A stretch of 57,431 nucleotides of DNA, the filler included, from Diploschistes diacapsis (taxonomy: Eukaryota), in assembly GCA_023645945.1 (NCBI GenBank). It is 7 parts of 7 records of this genome, joined end to end, with 100 filler letters (N's around TTAATTAATTAA, not from the genome) between each part and the next. Parts side by side here need not be neighbours in the genome. Positions count along the whole stretch, not along the records: positions 32,915 to 41,023 come from JALAIB010001194.1; positions 41,124 to 49,227 come from JALAIB010001195.1; positions 49,328 to 57,431 come from JALAIB010001196.1; 4 more parts are not named here. One strand, written 5' to 3'. The position numbers and the translations under genes were made by a program. The notes beneath the pieces are model-generated. The model was not told where the DNA came from and ran no database searches. It saw only the letters and a program-made list of their open reading frames with translations. Numbering within the stretch: position 1 is the first letter of the stretch; every line of letters begins with the position of its first letter. Positions 38,048 through 51,975 of the stretch are shown here, in pieces.

Positions 38048-39155
38048 TTAAAACATGCCCCTAAACTGATCCACAACCCCCTGAGCCATCCCTCTCTCTC
38101 CCGCTCTCCTCCTTGCCCCGTCCTCCGCGCCCTCAACCCCACTCGCCCTCCCTTCTCCTTCCAATCTTCTCCTCAGACCTTCGAAACCTTCCCTTCCTTC
38201 AGTCTTTTCGCCAAAAACCCAACCTGGGACCCGCCACCCAATCATCTTGTCTGGCAGGATATAGTTCCGCCACGCAATTCCGATGCCCCAGCCCACCGCT
38301 GCCGCGAGCAGTGAGCCTGGAAATTGGGAGAAAGCGAGCTGTGCGGCAAGAATGTACGTTGTTGTTTTGTCGGAGAAGAGGAGGCCTGCCGGATCCGAGG
38401 AGGTATGGGAATCCGAGGGAGTAGCAGCTTGGGACTCCCGATTTGGTGAGAGTGCGGAAGAGCCGGAGGCGATGCGATATTTATACACATGCGGGATCAC
38501 AGCGTGATATTGAGCTAGCAGGGCGAAGACGAGGGGAGTTGGGCCCGCGGGGAGGTGATTGATTGTGCCGAGTGATAGGGGTCGGAACATGCCGGCGAGG
38601 AGAAGTGGCGGGAGGAGGCAGGTAAGAGGTGTTATTGTCAGGAGGAAGGACTACGGAGTTAGGCTTGTGAAGTGGGCGAGTTAGGAGAGGACATCAAGCG
38701 TACAGCGAATTTGCGGGAGCCCCAAAGCCGCTCAATGACGCGCATGTGGTAGAATGTCATGCTGGCGAAGAGGAGCTCGGTGGAGTTCGTGTAGCATGCC
38801 TAGAGGTTGATTAGCATGAACTTAAACTCCTAACCCGATATAAAGTAGCTGAGGTGATTCTGGACCACTTAGTTGCTTCCGTCATACTAAGCTGAATGGT
38901 ATTCCAGTCTTGGAAACAACGTAAGGAAATTCATGAAGACTCAAATATTGGTTCGTTTTAAAAAAGAAGCTCCGGAATCACACATACCTGCCAACTCAAT
39001 AATCTCCATATCTGTCTATATGGCCAAAGATGGGGCACGATCTCAATGTAGAAGAGGTACTTGACATCAGTAATGCTAGCGAGAATCGAGGAAGATATAA
39101 CGCCAAAGAGGAGAAATTTTGATACAGAGGCACCAGTAAATCCAGAAGAGAGCAT
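38048..39155 (-). CDS. DSC2: Dsc2/UBAC2-like rhomboid pseudoprotease (Dsc E3 ligase subunit); 2 introns
   Basis: [74 protein letters not shown]. No UBA domain is visible at the C-terminus. Confidence 0.85.
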
Positions 39156-39471
39156 TTTCGACAAGAAGACTATTAACGCGGACCAGAAATTTGCCTCTCA
39201 GTGATGATTATGAAGCTTTAGGCAAGCAGCCCCATCGTATGTCTTATGGAAGTCTTTGGAGACAGCAGACAGCAAATGATTTCCCGTGGTCAAGCTTGGA
39301 CGAGAGCCCTGATTGGCCGAAGCGAGCTTGACCCTACGTTGTTTACTTTCGTTTGCCACCCGCTGTTGTATCTTCCGCTCTGACCTTGTTCTTACTGAAT
39401 GTATCTTATTTCTATTGTTGTGCATTAGTTGTCGAGTCGGCATTTGATTGATGGTAGTGAAGCTGTTTTAA

Positions 39472-41023
39472 ATGGATCCTACTTTGGTACCTCAGGACAC
39501 ATGCGCGCTACCCGGCAGTCGCGATGAAGACGACTCCTTCCACTTTGAACCGCAAGAGGCACCACACGTACCTCGAGCATGGGAACGCGTGCCTAGAACA
39601 CCCGTAGCTCCGGGTCGCAAAGGTCGGAAGATCTACAAAAGACAGACTGATATCGGAGGCAATGGTGTAGGTGTCGGATCTCAAGAGGAGCCGGACAGAG
39701 GCGCCAAAAGGCAATGCCTCAACAACCTTCCAGCTGTCCCTGCGCAGCTTAGCAAGCGACCACAATATGCGCTAACACTGCGAGAGCAGAGACCTGGCAC
39801 GCCGAGACGTGAGAGGCTCCCTCCGTGAAAGGGTTGAGGTCTAAGTGATGAGCAGGTAAACCCGCAACGCGGAGAAGTATGAGAATTGCTTCACACAAGA
39901 GTCTTTCACCCAAGAAAGCCTCCCCGCAGAGGCTTCCGCCTGAAGCAAAGCCAAATGTTCACTTTGAAGCTATAGTCTCCCCATCAGCCAAAAAGTGTTC
40001 TAGGAAGCGGAAATCTCTTCCTGCATCATGTGTTAGCGTTGTCGTTTCAAAGACAAGAAAATCTCTTCCACTGTTTCCTGGTCTCGTTGGGAACCACGAG
40101 TTGGTGAAGGACGTTCACCGGATTAAGGAAGAGACTTTTGGGGAGATTTTCGACAAGGCGTCTGAGAAGCTAGTTGAGTCGGAAGAGACGAACGTTGACC
40201 CTGGCGGATCTGCGGAGGGTACAAAACAAGCCCTTGAATGTCCGTCAGCAAAGGAACTATCTCCTCGCCAGTCTACCGATGAGAGAAATATGGGATCAAA
40301 TCAAAGTAAGCTGAAGGATAAAGTATCTCGTCGAAGGTCAAAACGACTCTCCGATCTAGCAAACGAGCATGATAAAACCGAGCCTGTGATCGATGAGAAC
40401 CAAGCGAACAACGATGATGTGACCGAGCCTGCAATCGTTGAGACTGGAGACACATACAATGTTCTCATACGAAATGGAACCAGAGACTCTCAGCCAATCG
40501 ATCTACCAGCATCACGAGAAGCTCAAGAAGAGCAATTACCGAACTCGGCCGATCAGCCTAGCGATCCCTTTGAGGATGAGCTGGCGGAGGCGCCGCTCGA
40601 ACAGTACCTTCACGACATTGGATATTCTGCCCTGTTTCGATCACCTGAAAAGGTTCTACAAGCTGCGACCCCGCATCCATCGGGCGAACAGGAGAGCGAT
40701 ATAGTAGTGGAAGTTACTGAGGTTACCGAGCCAGGACCACCACTATCACCAAGCCAAGCATCAGACGAGCTCCAACGACCACACAGCCCAGAACAGCCCG
40801 AACAAAGCCAGAAGCGCAAAGCGAACGCCCGCGTCAGCGACGACACGACGATGCTCCTCGACTTCGTCAAGCGCGTCCAACTCAAGAAAGAAGCCGACGC
40901 CGAAGCCGAAGCTAAGCACCACACCTCCTCCGCCATCCAAGACACTATCCAAGAAATCCCGCCCATCTTGCCCTCCTCACCACGCAAAGCCCTTGCCTCC
41001 CTGGACACCAACTCCCCCTCTCC
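39472..41023 (+). CDS. Low-complexity hypothetical protein; intron about 39809-39855; 3' end lost at the gap
   Basis: Long open exons (VPRAWERVP...; SDDTTMLLDFVKRV; SPRKALASLDTNSPS), divergent from DSC2. Confidence 0.65.
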
Positions 41024-41123
41024 NNNNNNNNNNNNNNNNNNNNNNNNNNNNNNNNNNNNNNNNNNNNTTAATTAATTAANNNNNNNNNNNNNNNNNNNNN
41101 NNNNNNNNNNNNNNNNNNNNNNN
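41024..41123. other. Artificial contig spacer
   Basis: N44-TTAATTAATTAA-N44. Confidence 0.98.
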
Positions 41124-42543
41124 CTCCCCCTCCACCAGCGCCCCGTTCGGTCCGAAAGCGTGCGCGTTCCTCACCGGAAATACCGGCACCAGCCCCAAGC
41201 ACTCTGCCGCCCTGCCCAGCGCCTGCACCACGCCCGTGCTCCCGAACCGATACAGCACCATGTCCCTCAGCTTCTCTATCCTGCCCTTCAGCTTCTCGTC
41301 CATTTCCTTCAGCCCGCCCCCACCTTCGTCCCCGTCCGCGACCAGATCCTCCCGCGTGTCCACCATGTCACTGCCCTCGACGTAGCGCACGTAGCCTTGC
41401 TTGGAGAGGCGGCGCAGGAAGACTTCGGAGATGGCGGAACACAGGACGAGCGATTCGGGGGGGTGGGATTTGGCGATTTTGGCCACGTTGGCGTCCGCGT
41501 CCGGGTGGTCAATCTTGTTGAGGGCGAGTACGGTGGGGAATTTGGTGGCTACGAAGGCGGAGACGAGGGAGTGCACGGTTTCATTGGACCAGGTTTCGAG
41601 GGGCGCTTTGAGGGAGAGGGAGTCTAGGGCTTGAACGATGTGGCCAGAGGAGGCACCGTAGCCGGAGAATTGGGACTGGAGGGTTTCGACTGCCGTTGAT
41701 TCTGAGAGCGGGGGTCAGACTGGTGGCTCGACGTGGAATGGAGAGGGGCAAAGGTACTTGTTGCGACGTGCCGGCGCTTTATTGAGCCCCTTCGGATGTT
41801 ATTAGTAGCTGTCTTTGATAAGAAGTGGGAAAAAGCCATACCACTTCTCCATCAGATTACCCTCGATCCACGCCTCGATCTCCCATCGTAACCAAGCTAT
41901 GTCCACGGACGGGTCATATCCCCTTGTAGCCTTCCCTGCGCCGTTCACCCATCAGTCATTGCCTTATGCTCCCAAAGACCACGCAGCCTTCGCCCGTCGA
42001 AACGAACCTTCCGCGTCCGTCGTCCCGCTGACATCGACAACATGGATCAGCGCATCCGCATGCCGCAGATCATCCAAGAACTTATTCCCCAGCCCCTTCC
42101 CTTGGTGTGCACCCGGCACCAAGCCGGCGACATCGAGCAGCTCGATCGGCACCGACCGCGTGCCCCCAACACAGGATCCATAATTTGGCTTGCATCTATC
42201 CGATATACCGTACCGGGCGCAGGCGCAGGGGATCTGGAGGTAGCCGATGGCGCGCTGGGGGTCGATGGTCGTGAAGCTGGAGAGGTTGAGCGGGCGGCGA
42301 CGAAGATAGATGCAGGCGCAGGCTTACGGAAAGTTGCCTGGTGAGCGTGATTAGCCGGTGGCATTGGGTGGACGCTGGTATGGAGGCGAAAACTTGCCTA
42401 CTTTGGAGGAGGCATCGGTTAAGCTGGAGGGCGAAGGTTCAGTCGCGTTGCTTGAGTTGGCTGGAATCAACGTACCTGTTCAATGTGGTGGACTTGCCAG
42501 ACGACGGTTTGCCTACAAGGCCTATTAATGGGTCTCGAGGCAT
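41124..42543 (-). CDS. OBG-family GTPase, YGR210C-like; several introns including a GC-AG intron (42338-42397); 3' end lost at the gap
   Basis: [19 protein letters not shown] (G1), KVGNFPFTTIDP (G2), [26 protein letters not shown] (G3) and ALNKID (G4). Confidence 0.9.
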
Positions 42544-42867
42544 GATCTGCAAGCGTTCTTGATCTGGGGGTGAGGTGCTGAGAGAGTTGTTGTATCGCGG
42601 AACGGACCGAGGGGGAAGATTCTGAGCTAGCTTATCGATAAGAGGGTTTTAAGACTTGGCATAGTCATTGATCCAGGAGCACCCACAGCGGACACTGTCG
42701 CAAGAAGGTTATCTAAATATTGATCATCTAGATAGCCTGAAAAGCGACGCATTAAGCTCTGAAAAAGAGCTCTAAAGTATATGGAGAAAAGTAAGTTTCA
42801 TTGTGAGCAGGTGGTGCTCCTTAATCATCTCGAAATGAGCCTTTAGGGGTGCTATGCCCACGACTTA

Positions 42868-44144
42868 CAGTACTAGTCCAAAAGTAATGGTCCCTCGGTT
42901 AAATCGGTACAAATAAACAATAAATGCCTACTATTATTTCTACAATAATGCCACCATATCGTCGTTTGAAACTCTGGGAACGCTCTGAACTTATAGACGC
43001 ATACAGATCAGGTACTATCTTAAAAAATATAACTAATAAACTAAATATTCCTTATTCTATAGCTAAAAAGACAATAGCAAAGGTTTCAGAACGTAATAAA
43101 GACTAAGATAATCTGAAACGCTCCGGAAGACCTCGAACAACGTCCGAAAATCAAAAAAATAGGCTCTATCGAACGGCCAGACGCCATTTAAAATCTAAGT
43201 AATCTAAATTGCTCGATATCTCGTCTATTAATAAAAATATAGTGCGCCGAAAATTCCGCGACATCGACCCTTCTTTCAAAAAATATAGAATACGGTAAAA
43301 GCCACATTTAGAATCTAAAGATACGGAAAAACGCCTAAAACACTCCCGAATACACCGAACTTAACGCGTCGAGAATTTTATTAATATTTAATTCATCGAC
43401 GAGTGCTCTATAATAATAAAAAATAATAAAATACGAAAATAGATATAAAGACATATAAAAAAACAATAACTTCCCGATCATCTAATAAAAACGACTAAAA
43501 ATAAAAAAAACATCATATTTTAGACTAGTATAAGAACCGATAAACGCGTCGTGTAATATTTCTTCGAAAATTATTATATAAATGGACGAAATACTACCGC
43601 CGAGACTTATTATACTTTATTAAGAGATATTTTACCCTAAATCTACGAACCTAGGCAAGGTTTTTTATAGGATAATGCTTCTATATACACTATAAACGCT
43701 GCTAAAACGCTTTTAAAGAGTCTCGGCGTCTAAGTTCTCGATTATCCACTATATAGTCCAGATTTGAACGTTATAGAGCATCTTTGGCCTAAATTAAAAA
43801 AAAAGGTATTTCGGTTTCATCCAGAGCTTAAAACAATACGTAAAAACAAAGACAATAAGAAACAGGCTTTAAAAGCTGCTATTATCGAGGCATTTAATCA
43901 AATTACGGTAAATAAGGAATGGGATTTACCTGCTCGATTAATCTACTCGATACTTACGCGAATTCAGGCTGTATACGACGCGCAGGGGTGACAAACAAAG
44001 TATTAATAAATACTACGAATAAAGGGCATCAAAATGATCTAAAAAGCGCATTTGTAGGACATTATTTGGGTGCGCATCGCATCTCCAAAGTTGGTGATGT
44101 CTACTATAATTTAGGTAGGGACCATTACTTTTGGCACGTGACTG
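42868..44144 (+). mobile_element. Full-length Tc1-family (DD34E) DNA transposon, 1277 bp, RIP-inactivated
   Basis: TA flanks at 42866-42867 and 44145-44146; 28-bp TIRs at 42868-42895 and 44117-44144. The transposase relic has SGRPR, FIDE, (Q>*)DNA-34 aa-E in YSPDLNVIEHLW and a terminal G*QTKY, with many TAA/TAG stops. Confidence 0.92.
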
Positions 44145-44229
44145 TAGATAAGAGCAAAAGCTCCCATACATCAAGTTGACAGCTTCCCCCCAAGCGTCAT
44201 TTGTTTTCCTTCTTTCGTAAACGCGAAAG

Positions 44230-44706
44230 CTAACCATCAAAAGTCCAAACTCCCAAGTCTATTTTGGCCTCATTACCGTCGCCATCCTCATTTTCGGCCT
44301 GATCCCAATCTATCGGCTCAGGCCCATTCCAGCCCGGATCCTGCAGATCCTCCTCATACTCTCCATACGGCCGCTTGCGCACATGCACGAGCCGACAATC
44401 ATCGTCCTCATGTTTGCCGCACTCGGCGGTGTATCCCCCGGCGGCACAGCAGGTTATGCCATGCGGGCAGGAGATGCATACGCCACGCCCCTCGAGGACG
44501 TGGGGGAGTCGGACGGCGGCTTAAGGGTTGGGGGTCAGAGTTAGTAGAACGGGTAGGAGGAAGGGCCCTGTTTGTCGAAGGAAGGAGAGAGGTGGGATGG
44601 GGACGAGGAAAGCGATGGGGCACTTACGGTTAGGCCAGGAGGCTGCAAGGCGTGCGAGAGCCAGTAGCAGGATGCAGGAGGAAAAGGTAGGGAGGGAGAA
44701 GTGCAT
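44230..44706 (-). CDS. Small secreted cysteine-rich pre-pro-protein (122 aa), 2 exons (44706-44628, 44519-44230)
   Basis: Signal peptide MHFSLPTFSSCILLLALARLAAS; GTAAGT donor at 44627, CTAAC branch site and AAG acceptor at 44520-44522. The spliced frame is open to TAG at 44230-44232: ...VLEGR-GVCISCPHGITCCAAGGYTAECGKHEDDDCRLVHVRKR-acidic tail. Confidence 0.8.
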
Positions 44707-45806
44707 CGTGTCCGAGTTGTACAGTTACTGGGATGAAGATGGTGCGGCCGAGGTACTGGATGAGGGCTATCGCGTGCTATCGAAGCTTATGAGCAAGGAA
44801 TAATGAGTGTCCAGCAGGTCGAAAACGAGCCGTAAAGAAAACCCTCTTAGAGTGAGTCATTTGAGCTGGATTATTGCTGCTGGGGGCGTGCCGTGGTAGA
44901 AGCATCAGTCACCGTGCGAGAGCTACATTCGGCTCGCTCAAGTGGGTACCTGGTGAGTGTATTAGAGCTATTAGCAGACTGTCTTTGTCACGGCCCTTCA
45001 GGCGATGCTAATAAAAATTCCGCATAGAGATTCAAGTAACTGAGGTTTGTTTTGTCATTGCTTTGAAGCATTTTCTGGGGTTGGTTTTGTGTGGGCAGAG
45101 CGGTGACAGAGGTACTGCGGGTGGAAATCATTATTGATATGACCTACCCCTTCAAGACACCTAAATATCAAAAATCTGATAACGCGACGGCATTATCTAA
45201 ATGTAGGTAATATAGTTCTGATTGAGTAATAGTGGATACATACCATGGGCGCTGAAGAGACCATGTTATTAAGCAACCGTTGTAGCTTCCATCTGGAATA
45301 ACTTTCAATTTGCCAAAAAAAGACCTAATGGAAGCAGGACATTCCTTTGAAATGTTGCAATTGACCTGCAACGAGTACGTTTTGGGGGAACACATTGGAC
45401 GAGCGAGTAGGGCCCCAAGCACCAGGTCGAAATCCAGGTTTTGTTTTCATTTTCATGTACTACATTCCCAAAAAAAAAAACTTTGATATAGTCAAGTTAA
45501 ACCAGCTTCAAAGACCATACTGGATCGCCTGGACAATACTCGCCTCAATACTGACCGGCTAGACGACAACATAAAGCAGAAATGAGGGTATAAAGTCGTT
45601 TGCAGGAAAACGGAAAGAGTCGATCCCGAGAATGAACGCAAACGCCACCGTCTATCAACCACATCCACTCTAAAAAATGAAGATCTGACTCAAGCGAATA
45701 CCATCTCTTAATACGCTCAGGAGCGTTGTTGTACAAGGCTTTTTTACAGGTCGCTCATTGTCGAAACCGTGACACATCATCAAGAAAGCATAAGTCATAG
45801 GCAAGC

Positions 45807-48543
45807 TCAGCCCAGCGCTGTTGTTTGGGCAGTCGCCAGCTCATCCGTGCTGAAGTCATCGTGCGGGATAGAGTATCCCCTGAACTCGCTCCCTAGGTCG
45901 CAGCTACTGAGCTCTTCGCCGCTGGTCAGGCTCTCATCGCTAAGGCTTGGGACGCTCTTGGCAGCCATGGGGTCCTGCTGCAGCATATCTAGCAAGCCCC
46001 AGCTGTCGGTACCCAAGTCTGTATCCCAATCAATAGGCATTGAAGGAGAGCCATAAGATGAGACGCATTGCGGTGGCGAGCTGTTCATACTCACGAGTGC
46101 CGGCCCAGTCTGTTGTTGCGGCGAGATGTCAAAGGGATCAAAGGTGCTGATTAGATGATCCCAATCCGTAATATCAGGACTGTCTGGCGCGCGCTCGGCG
46201 CTCGGTCTGTTGCTTAGAAATTGAGAACCGAGAGGGAGGTAGTCGAGGTTGGGGGTGGTGATCCAGCTGGGTGGCACGGAAGATGGAATGCTGGATTGAG
46301 AGGCTCCGGCCTCGATGACAGAATCCGAAGCGGTAGATGACAGACTGCTTGTGCTTCCCTTCATTCGAGCGTGAAGGGCCAAGCTGGTGGCGACTGTCGT
46401 TGGTGTAATCTCAAGGGCGGAATGCTTATGCTCCTGCTTGAGGAATGGAGCTTTCAGTTTTGGCTGTCGGACGCCATTGAAGGAAAAGCGTGCTGCAATG
46501 GTTTCGAGGTGACTTTTGGCGTTCATGGGGGTGCCCTGCGAGATAGGTGGGCAGGTACCGCTGGAGGAGCTGCGGCGGCTCCCTGGTGTCGCATATTTTG
46601 GAGGATTGACAAACGACGCGCCGAACTTTTTGAATGCCATGGCCGCAGGAGTGGCTGAATGTTCCATGAACTCCATAACAGAAGCAAGAGACTGTTGCGT
46701 ATCTTTGTAAAGCTTGCTCTCCGTGGGCCGATCCAGCATTTGTAGGATCATACCGAGTCCGGACGCGATCATGAGTTCCATCTTGTTGATGCACATCGTG
46801 AAGCTCAGATTCCTCTCGTTGAGCAGTTGAATGATTTGGAGAAGGCGTTTACTGGAGTCGGCAACGGCAAGGAGGTAATGTTGGGATTGCTGGGACTCGG
46901 AATTGACCACCGGACGATGAATGAGGGAGCGTATGTGAAAGTATGCGAGAGCCTTGGCGCGATTAGCAATATACTGCATCGGCTCGCCTGGATGGCACCT
47001 ACCAATAGTGGGCATCTGCTGCTAACTATATTCGTGCTAGGCTTGCCCAGAACGAAATCAAGACGGAGGTGAGGAGCCAGACTACTACGCCAAGCATCGA
47101 GTTCGTCGCTCAGAGCAGCAACTCTCTGTAAAGAGAGCTCACAAGATGATGTTGCAGGGTACAGTTCATCCAATACCTTGGAGAGAATGCGTGCGGCGCG
47201 GAACAGAGCGAGAGCGCTTGACAACTTGGTGGATTCACCCGGAAGAGTAGCCTGGAAGCCACGCTCGTTGACATTCTCATCGTCCACGTCGGAAGGCTCT
47301 TCGGTCTCGATATCGGCGTCCTTGAGCAACTTGGGCAGTCCAAGAGCAGCAGCGGCAAAAGCATCGAGGGTGTAGAGGGTCCAAAAGACCTTTTTCCTCG
47401 TCTCCCGAGTCAAGGCCCCAAAGTCGAATCTCTTCTGGCTCTGGTGCATACCGAGACGATGGGATAAGTTGACGGCGACGCCAGTATAGTAAAGGAGCTT
47501 GTTGTAATCCCCTTTCGCCATGCAATAGATTTGTGCCAACACGAGACATTGAAGGGTCGAAAGCTTCTGTTCGTTCATCATCACACCCAAAGCTCCTTGC
47601 CATTGTGATTCGAAATAAGGAAGCAATTCTTTGCTTGACTAAAAGAAGGTTAGCGCAGTGCGACGAAGTCGAGAGGCTTCCCTCACCTCGTTCGCCAAAG
47701 CCGCAGTCCCAAAAACGAGGTTGAGCTGAGCAACAGCGATGGGATCTTTGATAGACTCGGGCTCGCTAGCATAGGTCTTGTAGATACTGAGGAAGGTAGG
47801 TCGGTGCAGGACAGGAAAGAGTGGGCTCCACTCTTGAAAGAATATGTTGATGAGCTGATCGGATATCATGCACGGCACGTTCTTGGACAAATCCGCGCGC
47901 TTTGCAGGTTTGACAAGGTCAGCGCGACCAAACAGGGTATTTGGGTAGATCCTCGCAACCGGTTTTCCACTTTCTTGAATTTTGCATTTGACGGTGTCTA
48001 GGAGAAAGATCAATTTCGCGCCCAAGACATTGCCCTAGCACACATACCGAAGAATGCTCGGGTGCTTGATGTACCCATGAAGAATGGATCCGATTTCTGC
48101 TCCGCCTTCTGCAAGAATGGAACCTGCCGTACCTGGAAGCTATCGTCCTTGGGCTCGGATGCTGGAGACTGGGTGGCCTCCTCCAGAGTACGTGGGGAAG
48201 AGGAACACGAAGGGCGCTGACTCGAGGTTGAGAAGGAGTGGATTTTGGATAGCAATTCGATTTTTTCGTCCCTCTCATCCAACAAGTCCTTCAGTTCCCT
48301 GATTTCTGCCTCCAGCGCCCGGACCCTTTCTTCCAACGACTCGGTGTAGCCTCTAGGGAAAGCTCGACGGCTGAGCTTGTCGCTCGTCTTACACTCGAAA
48401 CCAACATTCTTACATTGTGTGCAGCATGGCGTAACGCCGTCACAGCGAATCTTCTTGCTGCGGCATCGATCGCATGCCTGGGCAATCCTGCTTTGCGAAC
48501 TTGTTCCAACTTTGATAACTTTCATAGGTAGTATGCCAGGCAT
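45807..48543 (-). CDS. facB: Zn2Cys6 acetate-utilisation regulator FacB/Acu-15 (Cat8-like); about 3 introns
   Basis: MPGILPMKVIKVG...RIAQACDRCRSKKIRCDG..PCCTQC.NVGFECKTSDKLSRRAFPRGYTESLEERVR; fungal TF middle region ETRKKVFWTLYTLD, PGESTKLSSALALF. Confidence 0.93.
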
Positions 48544-49227
48544 GATGGGCGACTGCAACTTGCACGCTCATGCATGCGGAGAATTGAGATTGCTGAGGAA
48601 GGCTCTGTTATTGTAGCTTGATAGAGTGATGCGAAAGCATGGGGGTCATGGAGGGGCAAGGATCGTTCACTAACAAACAAAGACGCAAGACGAGTTCGAC
48701 GCCATGAGGAAGAGTGTGCCAGTGCGGGGATGATAGAACTGTGAGTGAGACATTGGACGCTGGGTCTGAGACCGCCATAGAAGAAGCGAAGACTCTCAAG
48801 TTGAATGACTGATTGGGTGGTGGGATGATGCTGATGGAGGGGAGGAAAATAAAGTAGATACTCAGTTATTGCCAGCCAAGAAACACTTACCAACTCAATT
48901 ATTTAGTCATGGTGGCTTAGCTTACGTTGCCTATTAGCAAGTTTATAAGATTATGGTTTGAAAACACGATTATATGTATTATACCCCAGTACCCATTTGG
49001 ATAGCGAAGCGAATCAAATTTAGTTTCAAGTCCATATAAGTCAATAATTGAAAATTTGAGCACTCGAGCCTTTAACAGACAATAATAATACATTATTCTT
49101 AATAAACTTTCGGCACTGAATTTTAAGATCTTACAACCCATCTTGAAATATACTAAACATATATTATGTCCCACATTAAGCGATTATTGGGAAAAAAAGA
49201 CTCTGTTATAATCGATATAAATAAAGT

Positions 49228-49327
49228 NNNNNNNNNNNNNNNNNNNNNNNNNNNNNNNNNNNNNNNNNNNNTTAATTAATTAANNNNNNNNNNNNNNNNN
49301 NNNNNNNNNNNNNNNNNNNNNNNNNNN
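49228..49327. other. Artificial contig spacer
   Basis: N44-TTAATTAATTAA-N44. Confidence 0.98.
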
Positions 49328-49400
49328 GGGTTGTTGGAGGTCGTAAAGAGTGGAGAGGGAGGAAGGGTAGGGGGAGGGGAGAAAGAGGGGTCGAGCATAC

Positions 49401-49742
49401 CCAGAATGAGACGGCGAACATGGGAGTGACGCCGACGAGGGGTGCGGATACGCCGGCGTAGAGACCCCGCGCTAGCCCTTCCCGCGCGACTGTTTTGCGG
49501 ACGACATCGAGGGCGCTGCTGTACACGCCTTTCTCGGCGGTCTGTAACCGGACTTTGACGAGGTCGAAGGGGTGACCGACGATGACGGCGCAGACTCCAC
49601 CCACCCCGCCGGCTGCGAGGGAGCGGAAGCTCGAGACGGTGCTTTTTGTTGCGGCGACGACTTCCTCTTTGACTTCATCTTTGGAGGGGAGTGAAGGTAT
49701 GGATGACGGTGGAGACGAAGAGGAAGAGGAGGAGGAGCTCAT
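49401..49742 (-). CDS. acuH: Mitochondrial carnitine/acylcarnitine carrier (AcuH/CRC1), first exon only; remainder lost at the gap
   Basis: AGGVGGVCAVIVGHPFDLVKVRLQT (PxDxxKxR carrier motif) and GLYAGVSAPLVGVTPMFAVSFW; GTATGC donor at 49400. Confidence 0.88.
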
Positions 49743-49904
49743 CGCTACAAGGGAGCGATAAGTTGGATTTGGAATAGGGATGGGCAAATTGGAAGCATTA
49801 CAAAGGGTAGTCTGCAGCTTCTTTCGACTCGGTAGGTAATTAGTTATCAATGCTAAAGGGCACAAAACGGTACTGTGCCGGAGTGGTGGTTCTAACTCGC
49901 TCAA

Positions 49905-49910
49905 CCGAGG
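49905..49910 (-). promoter_or_regulatory. CCTCGG motif, candidate FarA/FarB (fatty-acid response) site upstream of the carnitine carrier
   Basis: CCGAGG on the + strand, about 160 bp upstream of the acuH ATG. This is the known binding core of FarA/Ctf1-type factors, but a 6-mer could occur by chance. Confidence 0.45.
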
Positions 49911-50099
49911 CGTTACAAAGTTTGGGAGGCCTCCGGTGGCTCAGCCAATCATGAAGCTTCGTGAAGCAGCTTCGGCACGTGCTGGAACAAGCTAGGTTTT
50001 TACATGCGCATTGCTTCAACTTGCTACATGACTTCCCCGCTATATAGGTTTTTAGATATGTACATATTTTGGTACGGGGAGAGCAGCTGATCCGACAGT

Positions 50100-51507
<1,408 letters not shown>

Positions 51508-51975
51508 TGTACTATTAGAGATTCTCAATGCTTTGAAGGATATTAGTCTGTTTGACGAAAATATACCCTTTCAATTAGCCGTGGGTAACCGACGCTCCCG
51601 CTTGGGTAAATTCGACAGAAACTCCCGCAGCAGTATCGAAGAGCAACAAAAAAGAGAGTCAGTGATAGGGACTAGGAGAAAAGAATGAAGATTTCTAGAA
51701 GGTACCTCACAGCCATGAGGACAGTGGCGAGGGGAAAGCGCGTGGGGGGAAGAAGCGTCACCGCCAAGCCCGGATTCATTTCACCCATTCATGGCCGTTT
51801 AGATATCGATAGATAGATAGAACGATAGACACTCCGTTTCTTTGCCGCCCACCCGATCCAATCTACTCCACTAAGCCTAAGGTATAATCACAGCATACCA
51901 CAAAAGTCCCTGGTGCTTTCAGATATTGCAGAAGCGTCCAAAGCCTTGATCTGCAACAGCACTGCTCTCAGCATC

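Noticed and set aside
45807..49742. facB next to its known target acuH, suggesting an acetate-utilisation cluster
   Set aside because: They are separated by the artificial spacer at 49228-49327 and contigs are ordered by size, so the adjacency is coincidental.
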